Source: Octopus vulgaris (lineage: Eukaryota). Taken from it: a stretch of DNA of 64,000 nt. Positions 45,829 through 59,397 of the stretch are shown here, in pieces. Every line of letters begins with the position of its first letter. Position 1 is the stretch's first letter. The position numbers and the translations under genes are program-made. Under the pieces are notes generated by a model. That model saw only the letters and a list, made by a program, of their open reading frames with translations. It had not been told where the DNA came from and did not search any database. Where the stretch lies: positions 75,950,001-76,014,000 of the forward strand of contig OX597831.1 of the NCBI GenBank assembly GCA_951406725.2, read 5' to 3'.

Positions 45829-46158
45829 CAATAATGTTAAGGAATGGCCTTAATAGGCCAGTGGTAAATTGATTTAATTAAATTTAATTGAGCTGGTTTG
45901 CCAAAAAGTACGTCGAAACTATGCATAGTCCAAAGATGATAAGGGTAAATGTTTTTAATTTTCCTTTGGTTTCTGAATTACTACTATTTAGCGGTTTGAA
46001 TTTGGCTGCTCGTTTTAGTGAGTCGAATGGCCTATCAAGGCCATTCCTTAATATTATTGTTGAATGTACATTATATAGTCTGTTGACTATTTTTTCTATC
46101 TCACTAAACCGCTGGTGGCGAAAAAATTTCTCTTGAATTTTTTGCTACCCTGATATTG

Positions 46159-46217
<59 letters not shown>

Positions 46218-46614
46218 AATAGAATTTTATCCACTAATGCTGTGTTGAGCGCTCATTCTCCTTGTTCGACATTTACGTATATTTATCTATCTATCTATCT
46301 ATCTATCTATCTCTATATGTAATTTGTGTATATGTGTGACTTTGTGTCTGAGTTTGTCTCACCATCACTTCTCGACAACCGGTGTTGTTTTGTTTACGTC
46401 CCCGTAACTCGAGTGTTTCGGTCAAAAACCCCGTTAGAATAAGTACCAGGCTTAAAAAGCAAATAGAAACTGGGGTTGATTGGTTTGACTAAAATTCCTC
46501 AAGGCAGTGCCCCAGCATGGGCGTAGTCTGACTGAAACAAGTAAAGAAAAACAAACAATAAGAAAGTGAGATGCTTATGCGAATAAATAAAATGAGTAAA
46601 TAATTTATATTTCT

Positions 46615-47267
46615 CTATTGTTCGCAGGGGCCTAAACATAAAGGGGACAAACAAAGACAGACAAAGGGATTAAGTCGATTACATTGACCCCAGTGCGTAA
46701 CTGGTATTCATTTAATCAACCCGAAATGATGAAAGGCTAAGTCGACTACGGCGGAATTTGGACTCAGAACGTAGCGGCAGACGAAATATCTACTTCTTTA
46801 CTACACACAAGGGGCTAAACATAGAGTGGACAAACAAGGACAGACAAAGGGATTAAGTCGATTACATCGACTCCAGTGCGTAACTGGTACTTAATTTAGG
46901 CGGCGAGCTGGCAGAAACGTTAGCACGCCGGGCGAAATGCGTTGCCATATTTCGTCTGCCGTTACGTTCTGAGTTCAAATTCCGCCGAGGTCGACTTTGC
47001 CTTTCATCCTTTCGGGGTCGATTAAATAAGTACCAGTTACTCTCTGGGGTCGATATAATCGACTTAATCCGTGTGTCTGTCCTTGTTTGTCCCCTCTGTG
47101 TTTACCCACTTGTGGGTAGTAAAGAAATAGTTACTTAATTTATCGACCCCGTAAGGATGAAAGGCAAAGTCGACCTCAGCGGAATTTGAACTCACAACGT
47201 AGCGGCAGACGAAATATCGCTAAGCATTTCGCCCGGGGTGCTAACGATTCTGCCAGTTCACCGCCTT
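46615..47267. mobile_element. Minus SINE A multimer with a plus SINE A nested at 46899-47131
   Basis: Duplicated tacttaattta at 46888-46898 and 47132-47142. Confidence 0.9.
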
Positions 47268-47454
47268 AAAATGAGTAAATAATGATAGATATATTAAATA
47301 GGAATAAAGCAAAGACAATGAAGAGAAGAGATGGAGGAAGCAATAGTGAAGACGATAAAGAGGAGATAAGTGGGTGAAGACAAGGAGTTGATAAGAGAAC
47401 AAAAGGGTTAAGAGCGATGAGGAACGAACGAAAGGGTTAAAGATATTAACCCTT

Positions 47455-47645
47455 TCACTGTCCTGTGTATCACGTGACTCACGGCACATATTTCCCTGGC
47501 GTCCATACTTCGTACATTTTACTTCCCTTTTTTTTTTTCATCCGCCAGAGTAACTTGGTTCTTGTGAAAGGAAGGATATTTATGTTGCTCAGAACGTCTG
47601 CAGCTAGGGTTAATTAAAAAGTCTGAAAACATTCGTGGACGTTTA
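47455..47645 (-). pseudogene. Coding-like island, probable EVE L RdRp/capping junction
   Basis: TLAADVLSNINILPFTRTKLLWRM; weak match to the AxxLR..W segment. Confidence 0.3.
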
Positions 47646-48029
47646 GGGAGAAACTTATGAAAATGTTTTGGACGGGCAAGGAGTTTAAGTGGGGAATGAG
47701 AGAAGGATGAAAGAAGCAAAGATAATGAGAAAAGGAATGGTGAATAAAATGGTATGATATAGAGATGGTTGGCGAAGGAAAGAGTTAAAGACAAGGAGGA
47801 ATTGGGGAATAAAGAGGAAAGGAGGAAACAAAAAAAAGGGGGAAAATAAAGGGAAATAAAACGTTTAAAGGGGGATAAAACAAGAAGCAAATATGATGTA
47901 AATAGATGAAAATTAAATAAGAATTTGAATCTAAGAAAGGAAAAAAATAGTGTGAAGAACGTGGAAAGAAAATTTAGAAAAAGAAAAATAAGAAATGAAT
48001 AATACGATTGAATGAGTTGAATTAGTTAT

Positions 48030-48950
48030 ATTGAGGAAATTAATGAGAGATCAACGGCTGATCAACGGAATGAGGGGATCAGTGATTAAATGAGCGAATG
48101 GATATATTAATGGTTGATATAACGAATCGATGGATCAGCGGATTAATGTAGGAAGCAATGGATCAATATTTTGATAAGGAACTTCTTGGATTAGTGATCG
48201 AATTAATGGATCAATGACGGAATGAATAAATCGCTGAAATCGGTTCTATGGGGAGATCTGTGGTTCAGTGATTGATGAAAGAATCAATAAGTTAGTGATT
48301 GAAAAGATCAGTTGATCGATTGTTGATTTAAAATGTGAGGAGTGGATTCGGCGGATAAATAGGTCGAGGAAATCAATGATTTAATGATGACGATGGATCA
48401 AACACTGATTGAATCGGTATATCAATTTATCCATCTATCAATCAAATCGATAATTAATGAATAATTCCACGAAATGCAATTTCAACAGAGTTCTAGATCA
48501 ACCAATCACAAACATAATCGATGAGGTGATCAATCAGAGTAATAGTAATTACAACAATATATTACTTTATGAATCGATGAATCATTATGATCGAATCCCT
48601 AAGGTAAATCGATCAAGGATACTCTAGTCAATCAGTATCTTAAGTAATGAACAAATCACCTTTGTAATCGATGGATCGATCTTATTTCTTTACTACCCAC
48701 AAGGGGCTAAACACAGAGGGGACAAACAAGGACAGACAAACGGATTAAGTCGATTATATCGACCCCAGTGCGTGGCTGGTATTTATTTAATCGACCCCGA
48801 AAGGATGAAAGGCAAAGTCGACCTCGGCGGAATTTGAACTCAGAACGTAACGGCAGATGAAATACCGCTAAGCATTGATCGATCTATCAATCTCTGAATC
48901 AATCAATCACTGAAGGGAATGGTAAAATCGATCAGCTGCTAATGTATCAC
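48030..48950. repeat. Degenerate gatc/atcaatc minisatellite, interrupted by SINE A (minus, 48682-48876)
   Basis: Recurrent gatcaatg/atcgatca motifs. Confidence 0.65.
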
Positions 48951-49514
48951 TTGATCTTTGATAAAATATTAGAAAGGAAAGAAAAAGTATGAAATAAGTT
49001 AGAGAGAAAGAGAGAGAGTGAGAGGGAGAAAACAGACGAGAGAGAGAGAGAGGGGGGAAAATGTGGAAGAGTCGAGGTGGGAGGTGAAGGGAAAGAAAGG
49101 AGAAAAGGATAGAGAAAGGAATAAAAGTGATGGAGAGGGGAAGTAATGGAATAAGTTATGAAAGGAGTGAATGAGGGGGAGGGGTAAGGTTTGATAAGAT
49201 GGGGTTAGAGAGATAAAGGATAGAAAGTGAAGGAAAAAGTTATGGAGATAGAGAAAGAAAAAATGGTTTAGAGCAGAATATGGAGTCGTAGAGGTGGCAG
49301 TTTTGGTGAAATAAAGTAGTGATGGCGCGAATGAAGTTTTAATGTTGGTGGTTTTAAATTAGGGGATTAATTACAGAACAAGTATCCTTCAAATACTGTA
49401 GATTAGTCTTTTACAGATTTCATTCCTCCTTCACACACACGTATGAAAATGTGTGTATGTGTGTATATATATCTCTGTACGTGTGTATGTGTATGTATAT
49501 ATATATATATATCT

Positions 49515-50150
49515 GTCGCTCATAAACAAGAAACTCCGAGTGACTACAAAGCAAATCATTTGCCGTTTTCAAATATTGTGGACGCGCGCTTACAATGCTA
49601 GTTCTGGAGAGTTCTTCATTGTTAAAGTTCTGTTCGAATCTCGTTTGGACCCAGTAGCAATGGCCATATATTTCTTTATTGCCCACAAGGGGCTAAACAT
49701 AGAGGGGACAGACAAATGGATTAAGTCGATTACATCGACCCCAGTGCGAAACTGGTACTTTATTTATCGACCCCAAAAGGATGAAAGGCAAAGTCGACCT
49801 CGGCGGAATTTGAACTCAGAACGTAACGGCATACAAAATACCTATTTCTTTATTACCCATAAGGGGCTAAACAGAGAGGACAGACAAGGAGATTAAGTCG
49901 ATTACATCGACCCCAGTGCGTAACTGGTACTTAATTTATCGACCCCAAAAGGATGAAAGGCAAAGTCGACCTCGGCGGAATTTGAATTCAGAACGTAACG
50001 GCAGACGAAATACGGCTACACATTTCGTCCGGCGTGCTAACGTTTCTGCCAGGTCGCCGCCTTCCCAGTAGCAATGGGACTAAGGAATATGTTTACTTTT
50101 ACTCATGAAGCGACGGTAATTGGAATAAAGTGAAGAATTTATCTTCTGCA
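49515..50150 (-). pseudogene. EVE L island split by a SINE A multimer
   Basis: RRFMSK...IATGSKRDSNRTL across the insertion site, resembling the PRFLS...NSRT segment. Confidence 0.45.
49664..50063 (-). mobile_element. SINE A multimer with 14-bp target-site duplication
   Basis: cccagtagcaatgg at 49650-49663 and 50064-50077. Confidence 0.95.
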
Positions 50151-51089
50151 GTATTTAAAAAAAAATCTTCATTCATTTCTGTTGACTAATGGCCACGATC
50201 ACAGACCACTCTGAGTTTTTTTTTTTTTTTTTCGTTTAGCTCACTTTAGTTTTACATACTTGCATACGTCCGTGTGTGGCTGTGTGATAAAAAGCTTACT
50301 TCCCAACCATATGGTTCCGCGTTCAATCCCCGGCAAGGCACCTAGAGCAAGTGTTTTCCATTGTAGCGATGGGCTTAGCAAAATCTTGTGAGTTGAAACT
50401 GGTAGACGGAAACTGAAGGAAGCCCGTATGTGCGTGTTTGTGTTTGTTCCTCATTACTCCGTTCGACAAAAAAAAAAACAGAATATCAGGTTTTAAAAAA
50501 AAGTATTGAGTTCGACTTGTTCGACTAAAACCCTTCAAGATGGTGCCCCAGCACGGCCGCAATATAATGACTGAAACATGTAAAAGGTAACGGAAACCAT
50601 ATTACGTTATAATTAATATTTTTTAAACAAAAATAATAATTGAGGAAGAATGGTACCTAAGCGTCATCCAGTATCATTATGCTCTGGGTAGGCAAAATGT
50701 TTTGTAGATAACTTGCATATCTTTACATTTTGGGTTCAAGTCCTAGTAAGAAATCGATTAATTAGTTCCGTTTTTTTTTAATTAATGGAAAACATCCCTG
50801 ATAAGGCATATCTAGTTGCCTATAATCTGACATTGCATCTGAGTCTATCCAACCCCTTTTTTTTCTTTCTTTCCAAAGTATTCCTGTGAGATGTGCTCTT
50901 GTGTGCCTGTACACGCTTTCCAACCAGCATCCAAAAAAAGCTAACGTAATTGTAAAATGCTAATTTGCCTATTTTAATTAACTATATTGATTGCCTACAT
51001 TAATTAACATAATGTAGCAATTAGTAACTATACTTATTGCAAACTAATTTCTAATCTCATTATTTCTGTTAATTAGAGAATGTAATAAT

Positions 51090-51380
51090 AGGATAAAAGT
51101 TCGCTGTTTCCTTTTATAATCGTCCAGAAGATAAGATGTTCTTAAGAATCATCAGCCTCAGATTTTTCAAAAATGGTAGATTGTAACTTCAAATTTAAGT
51201 CTTAGCAATCTCTAAGACGTAGTACCGCTCGAGACAGCCTCGGTCGTACGGTCCTGAAACGAACGATATCACAAGAATCGTACTAACTTTGTTGACATTC
51301 ATTTTCAATATAAGAGAGAAAACTCTAAGCCCTTTTTCAATCAGGGACTGAGATTTTGACTAAGAAATTTTTCAAGAGAA
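51090..51380 (-). pseudogene. EVE L island (RdRp C-terminal helical region)
   Basis: LEKFLSQNLSP*LKKGLEF / DSCDIVRFRTVRPRLSRAVLRLRDC*DLNLKLQSTIFEKSEADDS*EHLI. Confidence 0.4.
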
Positions 51381-51589
51381 AGTTAAGAGTTAATGCATGC
51401 ATACAATATGATTTGTTTTACCTGTTTCAGTTATTAGACTGCGGCCATGCTGTGGTACTGTCTGTTTGGAAAGGTTGAGTTGAATAGATTGACCCCCGAA
51501 CTTATTATATCGTCTCTTTTGCTAAACTCCTAGGCTAGGGGGATATAAACAAACCAGCATCAGCTATCAAGTGATAGGGCGCACACACC

Positions 51590-51640
<51 letters not shown>

Positions 51641-52028
51641 GGGCTCCCAGTTTCCGCATGCCAAATTCACTCACGGGTTACAGAAGAAGACACACGGGGC
51701 TATAATAAAAGAAATTTGCCCAAAGTGCCGCGCAGTGGAATTGAAATCGAATCTACATGTTTGAAATGAAAGCATTTTAATTACACAGCTAAGGTTTATA
51801 ATAATTTTGTCCAGTATAAGGTTTAGTGTACTAAACTATAACTACTAAAATTTACAAAGAGCGTTCGTTGATATTCAAGGAATCTGTGGCGAGTATTCAG
51901 GTCAGATATTCAGTTTAGGAATAACCCCCAACCCCTATATTACGAAGGCCCAGAAAAAAGCAAGTCAGAGACACTCTCCTTTATCGTCTGATTCGTCCAT
52001 TAATAATAATAAAAAGTATATTTTATTG

Positions 52029-52227
52029 CGGCGTCAGTGCCAAGTAGTGACGAACTCAAGGTTAGTTAAAATAAGTTTGTGACATATAACTTCTAAAGGT
52101 AAATTCTCTCTTAAGGTGAAAGGTGTAAAAACACCACACCTGCCTTTAGAAGTTAAAATATGCCACAAACATATTTTGACTGACCTAAAGTTCGTTCATT
52201 CCTAATCACTACGTGGCGCTGATGCTG
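52029..52227. mobile_element. Diverged fold-back MITE (~70-80-bp arms)
   Basis: cggcgtcagtgccaagtagtga...aacttctaaagg is complementary to cctttagaagtt...tcactacgtggcgctgatgctg. Confidence 0.8.
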
Positions 52228-52839
52228 TTGAATTTATCCCGTCAAAGCTGTCTACTAGCATAGCTCAATCACTGATGCTGGGTTGCTTTTTTAGTTAAAA
52301 ATACTGTGTTGAATCTGCTCAGGGTTATCTCTCTTCAGTATTTCCCATTAAGGAAGGCTAAAGAGCCAGAAACACGCGTCTAGGAATCAGGTACAGAAAA
52401 GCATTGGCTAGATATGATGTTTTACACTATTTGCCATAAGAGAGAATTTTTTTTCTTCATGGCAACTGCGGTGAATATTTCTATATTCTGAGTTCAAATT
52501 TCAACAGGGTTTATTATTACCTCTCATGGTTGTAAGATCTTTCAGATTACTAGATACCAGTAATTCACGGGCGGGAGGGTCGGTAGTTAATAAACTATAA
52601 TCTTCTTCTGCATTTACTAAAATTAGTCTTGTGCCAAGACAAAAGAAATAATTACTCAATATTTGTATTTTTTTATTTTATTTCTAGTTTTACCGTTTTT
52701 TCTCTGTTTGTGCTTAGAATTGTTTGATCTGAGAAAAAGAGAGTGACTGTGTGTGTCTGAATGCGTGTGTATTTGCGTTCGAAAATATTATTATTCTATA
52801 ATAGACCCCTTTTCTGACGGCAGTAGTATTTGATTATTT

Positions 52840-53229
52840 TAGCTTGCTCACTTCCTGGAGATCACATGACTTCTGCCCTCCATGTTTAATGAGCAAACCC
52901 ACTTTCCGGCAGTGACCAAGCTTCCATTCTTTTACGTTCGTTAGCCTCTCTCTCTCTTTCTCCCTCTCTCTCTTTCTCCCCCTCTCGCTCGATTCCAACG
53001 GAAACTTTCAACGTAGTCTGCAATTAGAATCACAGTTTTCTTCTGCCGATTCTCTATTATTTAGCAATTAAAACACGATTTCGAGCGAGATGATTAATAA
53101 TGGCGCTCTTATAGAAAAATTATCCTTTGCGTATGAAAGTAGCAATTAACGTATTGTATTCTGAAATATTTCATTTCATTGTAATTGGTAATATTTTTAA
53201 TATATTTCAATAATATTGTTAATAGATTA

Positions 53230-53287
<58 letters not shown>

Positions 53288-53340
53288 GTTGTCTTAACGA
53301 TCTTTTCACAAGGCAATCATACACGTTTACATACATACAT

Positions 53341-53380
<40 letters not shown>

Positions 53381-53400
53381 TCACGTGAGGGAGTCTTGGT
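52840..53400. promoter_or_regulatory. Possible promoter or enhancer-like patch
   Basis: ETS-like cacttcctg and ttccgg, E-boxes tcacatga and gtcacgtga, aatggcg, (CT)n. Motif presence only. Confidence 0.25.
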
Positions 53401-53689
53401 GGTCATCTACTGAATATTTTTCGCCGCTTTTATCCAATAATTTATTTCTGTTTTTCTTTTTTTCCACTTTCTTTTTTTACTTTTTGAAAAGTAAATAAAA
53501 TCAAATTTAGATCTTTCGAGATTCATCTTCAACCAAATCACTCTTCCCACCCCAACTTGTCTGCCCCAATCTCTCTCTCTCTCCCTCTCTCTCCTTCTCC
53601 GCTTTTCTTTTGTTTCTCCAAGGTTAACTTGGAACTAAACAACAATAATAGTTAACATGTTTATTTTAAAACAATTTCCATTCACGTGC

Positions 53690-53900
53690 ACAGTGAACAG
53701 TGAGTTATCAAGCTTTGTAATCGGTGTCCTGAAGTTATGAACAAAAGCTTCAAACTCTTATCAAATTCATTGATCCGGTGTACCTTTTACTGAGGAGACA
53801 CAACGGTGTCAAAACACCGGGTGTCCTAAAGTCCTCTCACTCCAACGACAACTATGCAAACTACTATATTCAACAACAATGGTGCCATTGCATGCCTTCA
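53690..53900 (-). pseudogene. EVE L island with LGG..RGxxD-like motif
   Basis: TLGHP (53818-53832) ... KGTPDQ (53770-53787), with PGVLTPLCLL in the adjacent frame. Confidence 0.5.
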
Positions 53901-54544
53901 ATTATAATTCTACCGAGGTTGGCTTTGTCTTTCATCATTTCGGGGTCTATAAAATAATTACTAGTTGAGAACTGGGGGTCGATGTAATCGACTACTCCAC
54001 CTCCCCTGAAATCGCTGGCTTTGTGCCAAAATTTGAAACCAATATTGCAGTCACCACGAATTTTACTTCTGGTTCCAGCCTTTCCTTGTTGTTGAACCTC
54101 AAGTGATTCTTGGTCGACCAACTCTATGATGAAAAAACCATCCCACCACGACCATCCTGTCTATATTTCAAATATCATGAACTTTATATAATTTAGCCTT
54201 CCTTTTCTAAGACGTTACGCTGTGGTTTGAGAAAATTTAACTTTTATTTCTAGCAGGTTATATGACCGTTTAGTGGGTTCCTCATTCACTAGTTTTATTG
54301 ATGAGGATAATGTTTATTTCCGGTTCAGCCCAGCTGATGCAGACATGGTCAAAGATATTCCAGTTACAAAATATCGCCATTTTCTGACTCTGTATTTTGA
54401 TCTATATTATTCAATGCGTCCATTTTGTTTTCAAGATAGCAGAATGTAATTTTAGTGAGACGTTGCCGTTATTTCTTGCATGTCAATTGACTGTATAGGG
54501 TTTTCTTGTTGGAAGCTCCTCCTTCCTTAAATATATATTAATGT

Positions 54545-55140
54545 TACTGGAAAAGTCCAGTATGTAGTAAATTACTATTATTAGAACTGGTGGTAACATC
54601 TTCCAATTATTTCGTGTCCTTTGTAGCCATAGCAACGCGGAATGGGCAATCGCTTTCCGGATTAACAGTTTGTCTCGCAGACTCCACCGTTTTGTATTGT
54701 GAGAAAATGTATTTTACTATAGTCTCGGGTCGATCAAAGTCTTGTGAACGAAACTGGATAGATGGAAACTTTGTCGAAGCTCATCGCATGTATTCTGTGT
54801 AAACTGTGGTGCTTTCCTAACGAAAGATACCAACTTTTCTCGGCGCTGAAATCGTAATGGCCCTGGATAAGAGTTGGCTGATGACATGGACTTATTCGTG
54901 TCTGTTTATTGTCGTACATGCTCTTCAGTATTTTGATTTTCATTTGTAGTATACACAGTATAAGTATGCAAAGCCACAAGGATTAAAATAATGAGGTGTA
55001 GATATATTTTAAACACTTTCTACACACTAAAACTTGAACGGTATTCAGAGAATTTTGTCTCGAAAATCAAATTTCTCCCTTAAGGTGTTTTGTGCATTGA
55101 TACACCAGGCTCCAAATTCCGAGTGACACGGTGTTTCAAC
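54545..55140 (-). pseudogene. EVE L RdRp palm: motifs A, B and D; motif C position occupied by a SINE B fragment (~54700-54800)
   Basis: SEFGAWCIN 55096-55122, DKIL*IP 55039-55059 and TPHYF in one frame; GHYDFSAEKSW 54830-54862; GHEI/LEDVTTS 54586-54619 with one frameshift. A-to-B spacing ~80 codons. Confidence 0.72.
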
Positions 55141-55359
55141 TTTATTTTGCCTCCTCAGTGATAAATACTATCTCGATCATTTGGAACCATACACGAACTT
55201 ATGAAAGAACAAACACATCACAAAAATACACATACACACATTCACACACACACATATATACACACACACACGCGCGCGCACACACTCATTTTGTGTCTAG
55301 GTTTTCTGTAATAGAGAAACGAGGGACGCTGCATTAAGCAACAATAAAACAAACACATA

Positions 55360-56350
55360 ATTCACATCTCTAGGTGAGATTGGTCCGATTCTTTACTGCT
55401 GAAATCTCCTTCATATGTGTACCCCCACCCTCACCGTCACCCAGGTTCCATATGTTGATAACTGAATGCAAAACGGTTTAACATGTAAGTTTAGAATTCT
55501 GGAACCGAGAGACTTTGTATAGTTATGATAGTAATTCTCCACTGTGCACCTTGTCTTCATAACTCCATAGCAGTCCATTCTCTTTTTTAGCCCCAGATCA
55601 GCCATAATCAAACAGATTTATAGTAAAATAGGTGAGGGCGTGACTGTGTGGTAAGTAGCTTACATCCCAACCCCGTGGTTCCGGGCTCAGTTCCAATGTG
55701 TGGCATCTTGGCAAGTGTCTCCTACTATAGCCTTGGACCGCAGTCTAATAACTGAAACAAGTAAAAGAGGTGTGTTGCTTTTGTGATCGCATCGACATAT
55801 ATTCAGACACAGTGCACCTACGATTTGGTGGTGGGGAGGAGGTTTTGCTGTTATTTCTAGCAGGTGGAATTACCATGTAGAGGTTCCTTCCCTTTACAGA
55901 TGAAATTTTGTCAGGTAGGTGAAATTTCACAAGGTGAGTAATATTATTTTCAATTATTTCATGGATTCTTGCAATAAAAAAGGAAATGTGTCACTACTTT
56001 CATCTTCCGTCGAACTTCCAAAAGCAGATTGAACACGAAATATAAACGAATTTGGAATACGAGATTTCTAGATCAACCGTTGAACATTTGATAATATTTT
56101 ATATCTTTTTATGTCGTTGGGTTATTACCGTAAACTTAGTCATCGGGTAGTCTGGGGAGGTGGTGGATAGGATGACAACGTGGTTCGTTGCATTGAAAGA
56201 GTTTTACGAACAAAGAGGTGAGCATGAAAGGAAGTGGGTTGTGTCCAGAATCGAACCGCTATCGCTGACTTGGTACCGTTTACGGTTGATCTAATACGCA
56301 TTGTTGTTGTTCCTAATTGATTGATAAATACTTTGAACTGGTCAGTAGTC
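55360..56350 (-). pseudogene. EVE L islands upstream of the palm (pre-motif A and WP-like region)
   Basis: KKRMDCYGVMKTRCTVENYYHNYTKSLGSRILNLHVKPFCIQLSTY (ORF 55411-55611); DLEISYSKFVYISCSICFWKFDGR* (~56000-56075, KxGxW-like, TGG to TGA). Confidence 0.5.
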
Positions 56351-56377
56351 AAAGACCAGTTAATGTAAGATAGTAAT

Positions 56378-57018
56378 AAAGCAGCGAACCGGAAGAATCG
56401 CCAGCCCGTCGAACAAAATGCTTAGCGGCATCTTGTCAGTCTTCCTGCTCTGAGTTTAAATTTCGCCGAAGTGGACTTTGCCTTTTATCCTTTCGGGTGT
56501 AATAAAATAAATATGTCTTTATTGCCCACAAGGGGCTAAACACAGAGAGGGCAAACAAGGACAGACAAACGGATTAAGTCGATTATATCGACCCCAGTGC
56601 GTAACTGGTACTTATTTAATCGACCCCGAAAGGATGAAAGGCAAAGTCGACCTCGGCGGAATTTGAACTCAGAACGTAAAGACAGACGAAATACCAATTT
56701 CTTTACTACCCACAAGGGACTAAACACAGAGAGGACAAACAAGGACACACAAACGGATTAAGTCGATTATATCGGCCCCAGTGCGTAACTGGTACTTATT
56801 TAATCGACCCCGAAAGGATGAAAAGCAAAGTCGACCTCGGCGGAATTTGAACTCAGAACGTAGCGGCAGACGAAATACCGCTAAGCATTTAACCCAGCGT
56901 GCTAACGTTTCTGCCAGCTCGCTGCAATAAACTAAATACCAGTCGAGCACGGGGATCGATGTAATCGACTTACGTCTTCCCCGAACTTGCTTGCCTCGTA
57001 CCAAAATTTTAACCAATA
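56378..57018. mobile_element. Plus SINE A with a minus SINE A dimer nested at 56514-56925
   Basis: Duplicated aataaa(a/c)taaata at 56501-56513 and 56926-56938. Confidence 0.85.
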
Positions 57019-57579
57019 TAAATAGTAAAGAAACGGAATGGAGGTTTCGTAAAGAATTTTTACTGTGTTAGTGATAAGTTAGTGAGAAACATGATCAGTC
57101 GTTAGTAAGGAAGAGTTGCAGAGTTCCGATATATTTTACTTTCATTTTCTAATCAGAGGGGAAGGCAGATCTCATCACCCTTCACAGTGACCCCGAGACT
57201 AGTCGGAGGGAAGGAGGGAGGGAGGGAAGGAGGACGGTGTGGTTAAGAAGCTTGTTTCCCACCTGTGTGATATTGCCAAGGAAGTCACCAGGTTTAGTTT
57301 GAATGGTGATGATTTAGCTGCTATTTCTAGCCGTTCGAGTGCCTGCGTTACGATCACTCATCTTTGATCCTTTATATTAAGCGTGAGTTAAAGGCTCCAG
57401 ATATTAATATATAACTGTAGATTACTTTATTGACCTCTGAAAGAATAACTTGATGTTGTTATTGGTTTATACTTAGAGTAAATGTCTTCTACCTTGATCG
57501 CGGGCCGACGGATGCTTTGCGAATGAATTTGCTAGACGGAAACTGTATGGAAGCCCGTCGTGTATCTATCTAGCTATCC

Positions 57580-57699
<120 letters not shown>

Positions 57700-58199
57700 A
57701 TGTGTTTGTGTATGTGTGTGTGTGTATAGCAGTACTCCTAGCTTGACTTATACAGTAAGAACCAGACTTAAAGCCTAAGTACTGGGGCCCATCCGTTCGA
57801 CTAAACCCTTCAGGGTGGTGCTCCAGCATGGCCACAGTCCACTGACTGAAAACAAGTAAAATGTAAGAATACAGAACCGGAGCTCTGGCCGCGTATTGCA
57901 ACAGAGTAGTGGTGAGCGCTAAAAGTACCCAAGGTACCGGCTAACGGACTATGTCTACCCCATCAATTATACCAAAACACGATTTGAACTTAGAACCCAA
58001 AGATTCGGAATAAAGACCGTAAGCTATTCGGTCTGACATTCTTAGAGTTCTACTGATTCACATCTTTGGACTGCTGCTTTTATTTGTTTTTATCGACCCC
58101 GATAAGACGGGAAGGCAAGTTTGATATCGGGTTGGTTTGAACTCAGAATGTCCATTATCAACACAGATGCCACGTGGCATTCTACCCGGTGTTCTAACA

Positions 58200-58389
58200 C
58201 AGTGGCTCTCAACCTTTTTAATATTCCGACCACATCCAAAACCTGGGATCTTTTTCAGGAGGCCACACCAAAAGCACAAGTCAATTAAAGGAAAAATTAT
58301 TACATTTAAAGAGGGAAGAACATCGAGAGCCGCCGGAAGGATGCTTGAGAGCCGCATGCGGCCCTTGGAGCCGTCGTTCAGAACCGCTG
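58200..58389. mobile_element. hAT (Charlie-type) MITE, 190 bp, inserted in an old SINE A head
   Basis: TIRs cagtggctctcaac / gttcagaaccgctg; imperfect 8-bp TSD ttctaaca / ctctaata; internal atgcggccc motif. Confidence 0.8.
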
Positions 58390-58484
58390 CTCTAATAACT
58401 CTGTCAGTGGCCAGTTTTTATTAAGGAAGAATCTCAGAGTTACGTCTGATATTGGTTGTTGATATATGAATAAGATCAACGTTT

Positions 58485-58885
58485 AAGGCAGCGAGCTGGC
58501 AGAAACGTTAGCACGCTGGACGAAATGCTTAGCGGTATTTTGTCTGACGTTACGTTCTGCGTTCAAATTCCGCCGAGGTCGACTTTACCTTTCATCCTTT
58601 CGGGGTCGATAAATTAAGTGCCAGTTACGCACTGGGGTCGATATAATCGACTTAATCCGTTTGTGTGTCCTTGTTTGTCCTCTCTGTATTTAGCCCCTTG
58701 TGGGTAGTAAAGAAATAGATATTTCGTCTGTCTTTACGTTCTGAGTTCAAATTCCGCCGAGGTCGACTTTGCCTTTCATCCTTTCGGGGTCTATAAATTA
58801 AGTATCAGTTGCGTACTGTGATCGATCTAATCGACTGGCCCCTCCACAAAAAATTTCGGGCCTTGTGCCTAGTGTAGAAAAGAAT
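58485..58885 (+). mobile_element. SINE A dimer (another at 63391-63712)
   Basis: Head plus two tandem bodies. Confidence 0.9.
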
Positions 58886-59114
58886 GTGATCAACGTTTTA
58901 AGAATGAAAGTTGAAGATTTGGGTTTCGTTTAGTTCTGGGTCGATTCATTTTGAGCAGATTCAAGACTGAAGGCGTTCCGGTCATGACCATCCAAATTTT
59001 TATAGACGTACTTATATGATTACAAACCAGTGTGTCCTCCCTTTTAAAGATGGTACAGTAACTTGGCGCATCGAACAAAATGTTTTGTAGCATTTTTCCA
59101 GCTTTCATCTTTAC

Positions 59115-59361
59115 ATTAGACTGCGGTCATACTGAGGCATTACCTTGAAGAATTTTCAGTCGAATGACTCGACCTTAGTACTGATTTTTCTTTCTAATGA
59201 CTGGTACATATTGTATCAACCTCATTCGCCGGACCGCTAGGTTACGGGGCCTTAAACAACACACAAAGACACACACACACACACACATACACACACACAT
59301 ATATATGTATATATATATATATATGTATATATATATGTATATATATATGTATATACATACA

Positions 59362-59397
<36 letters not shown>

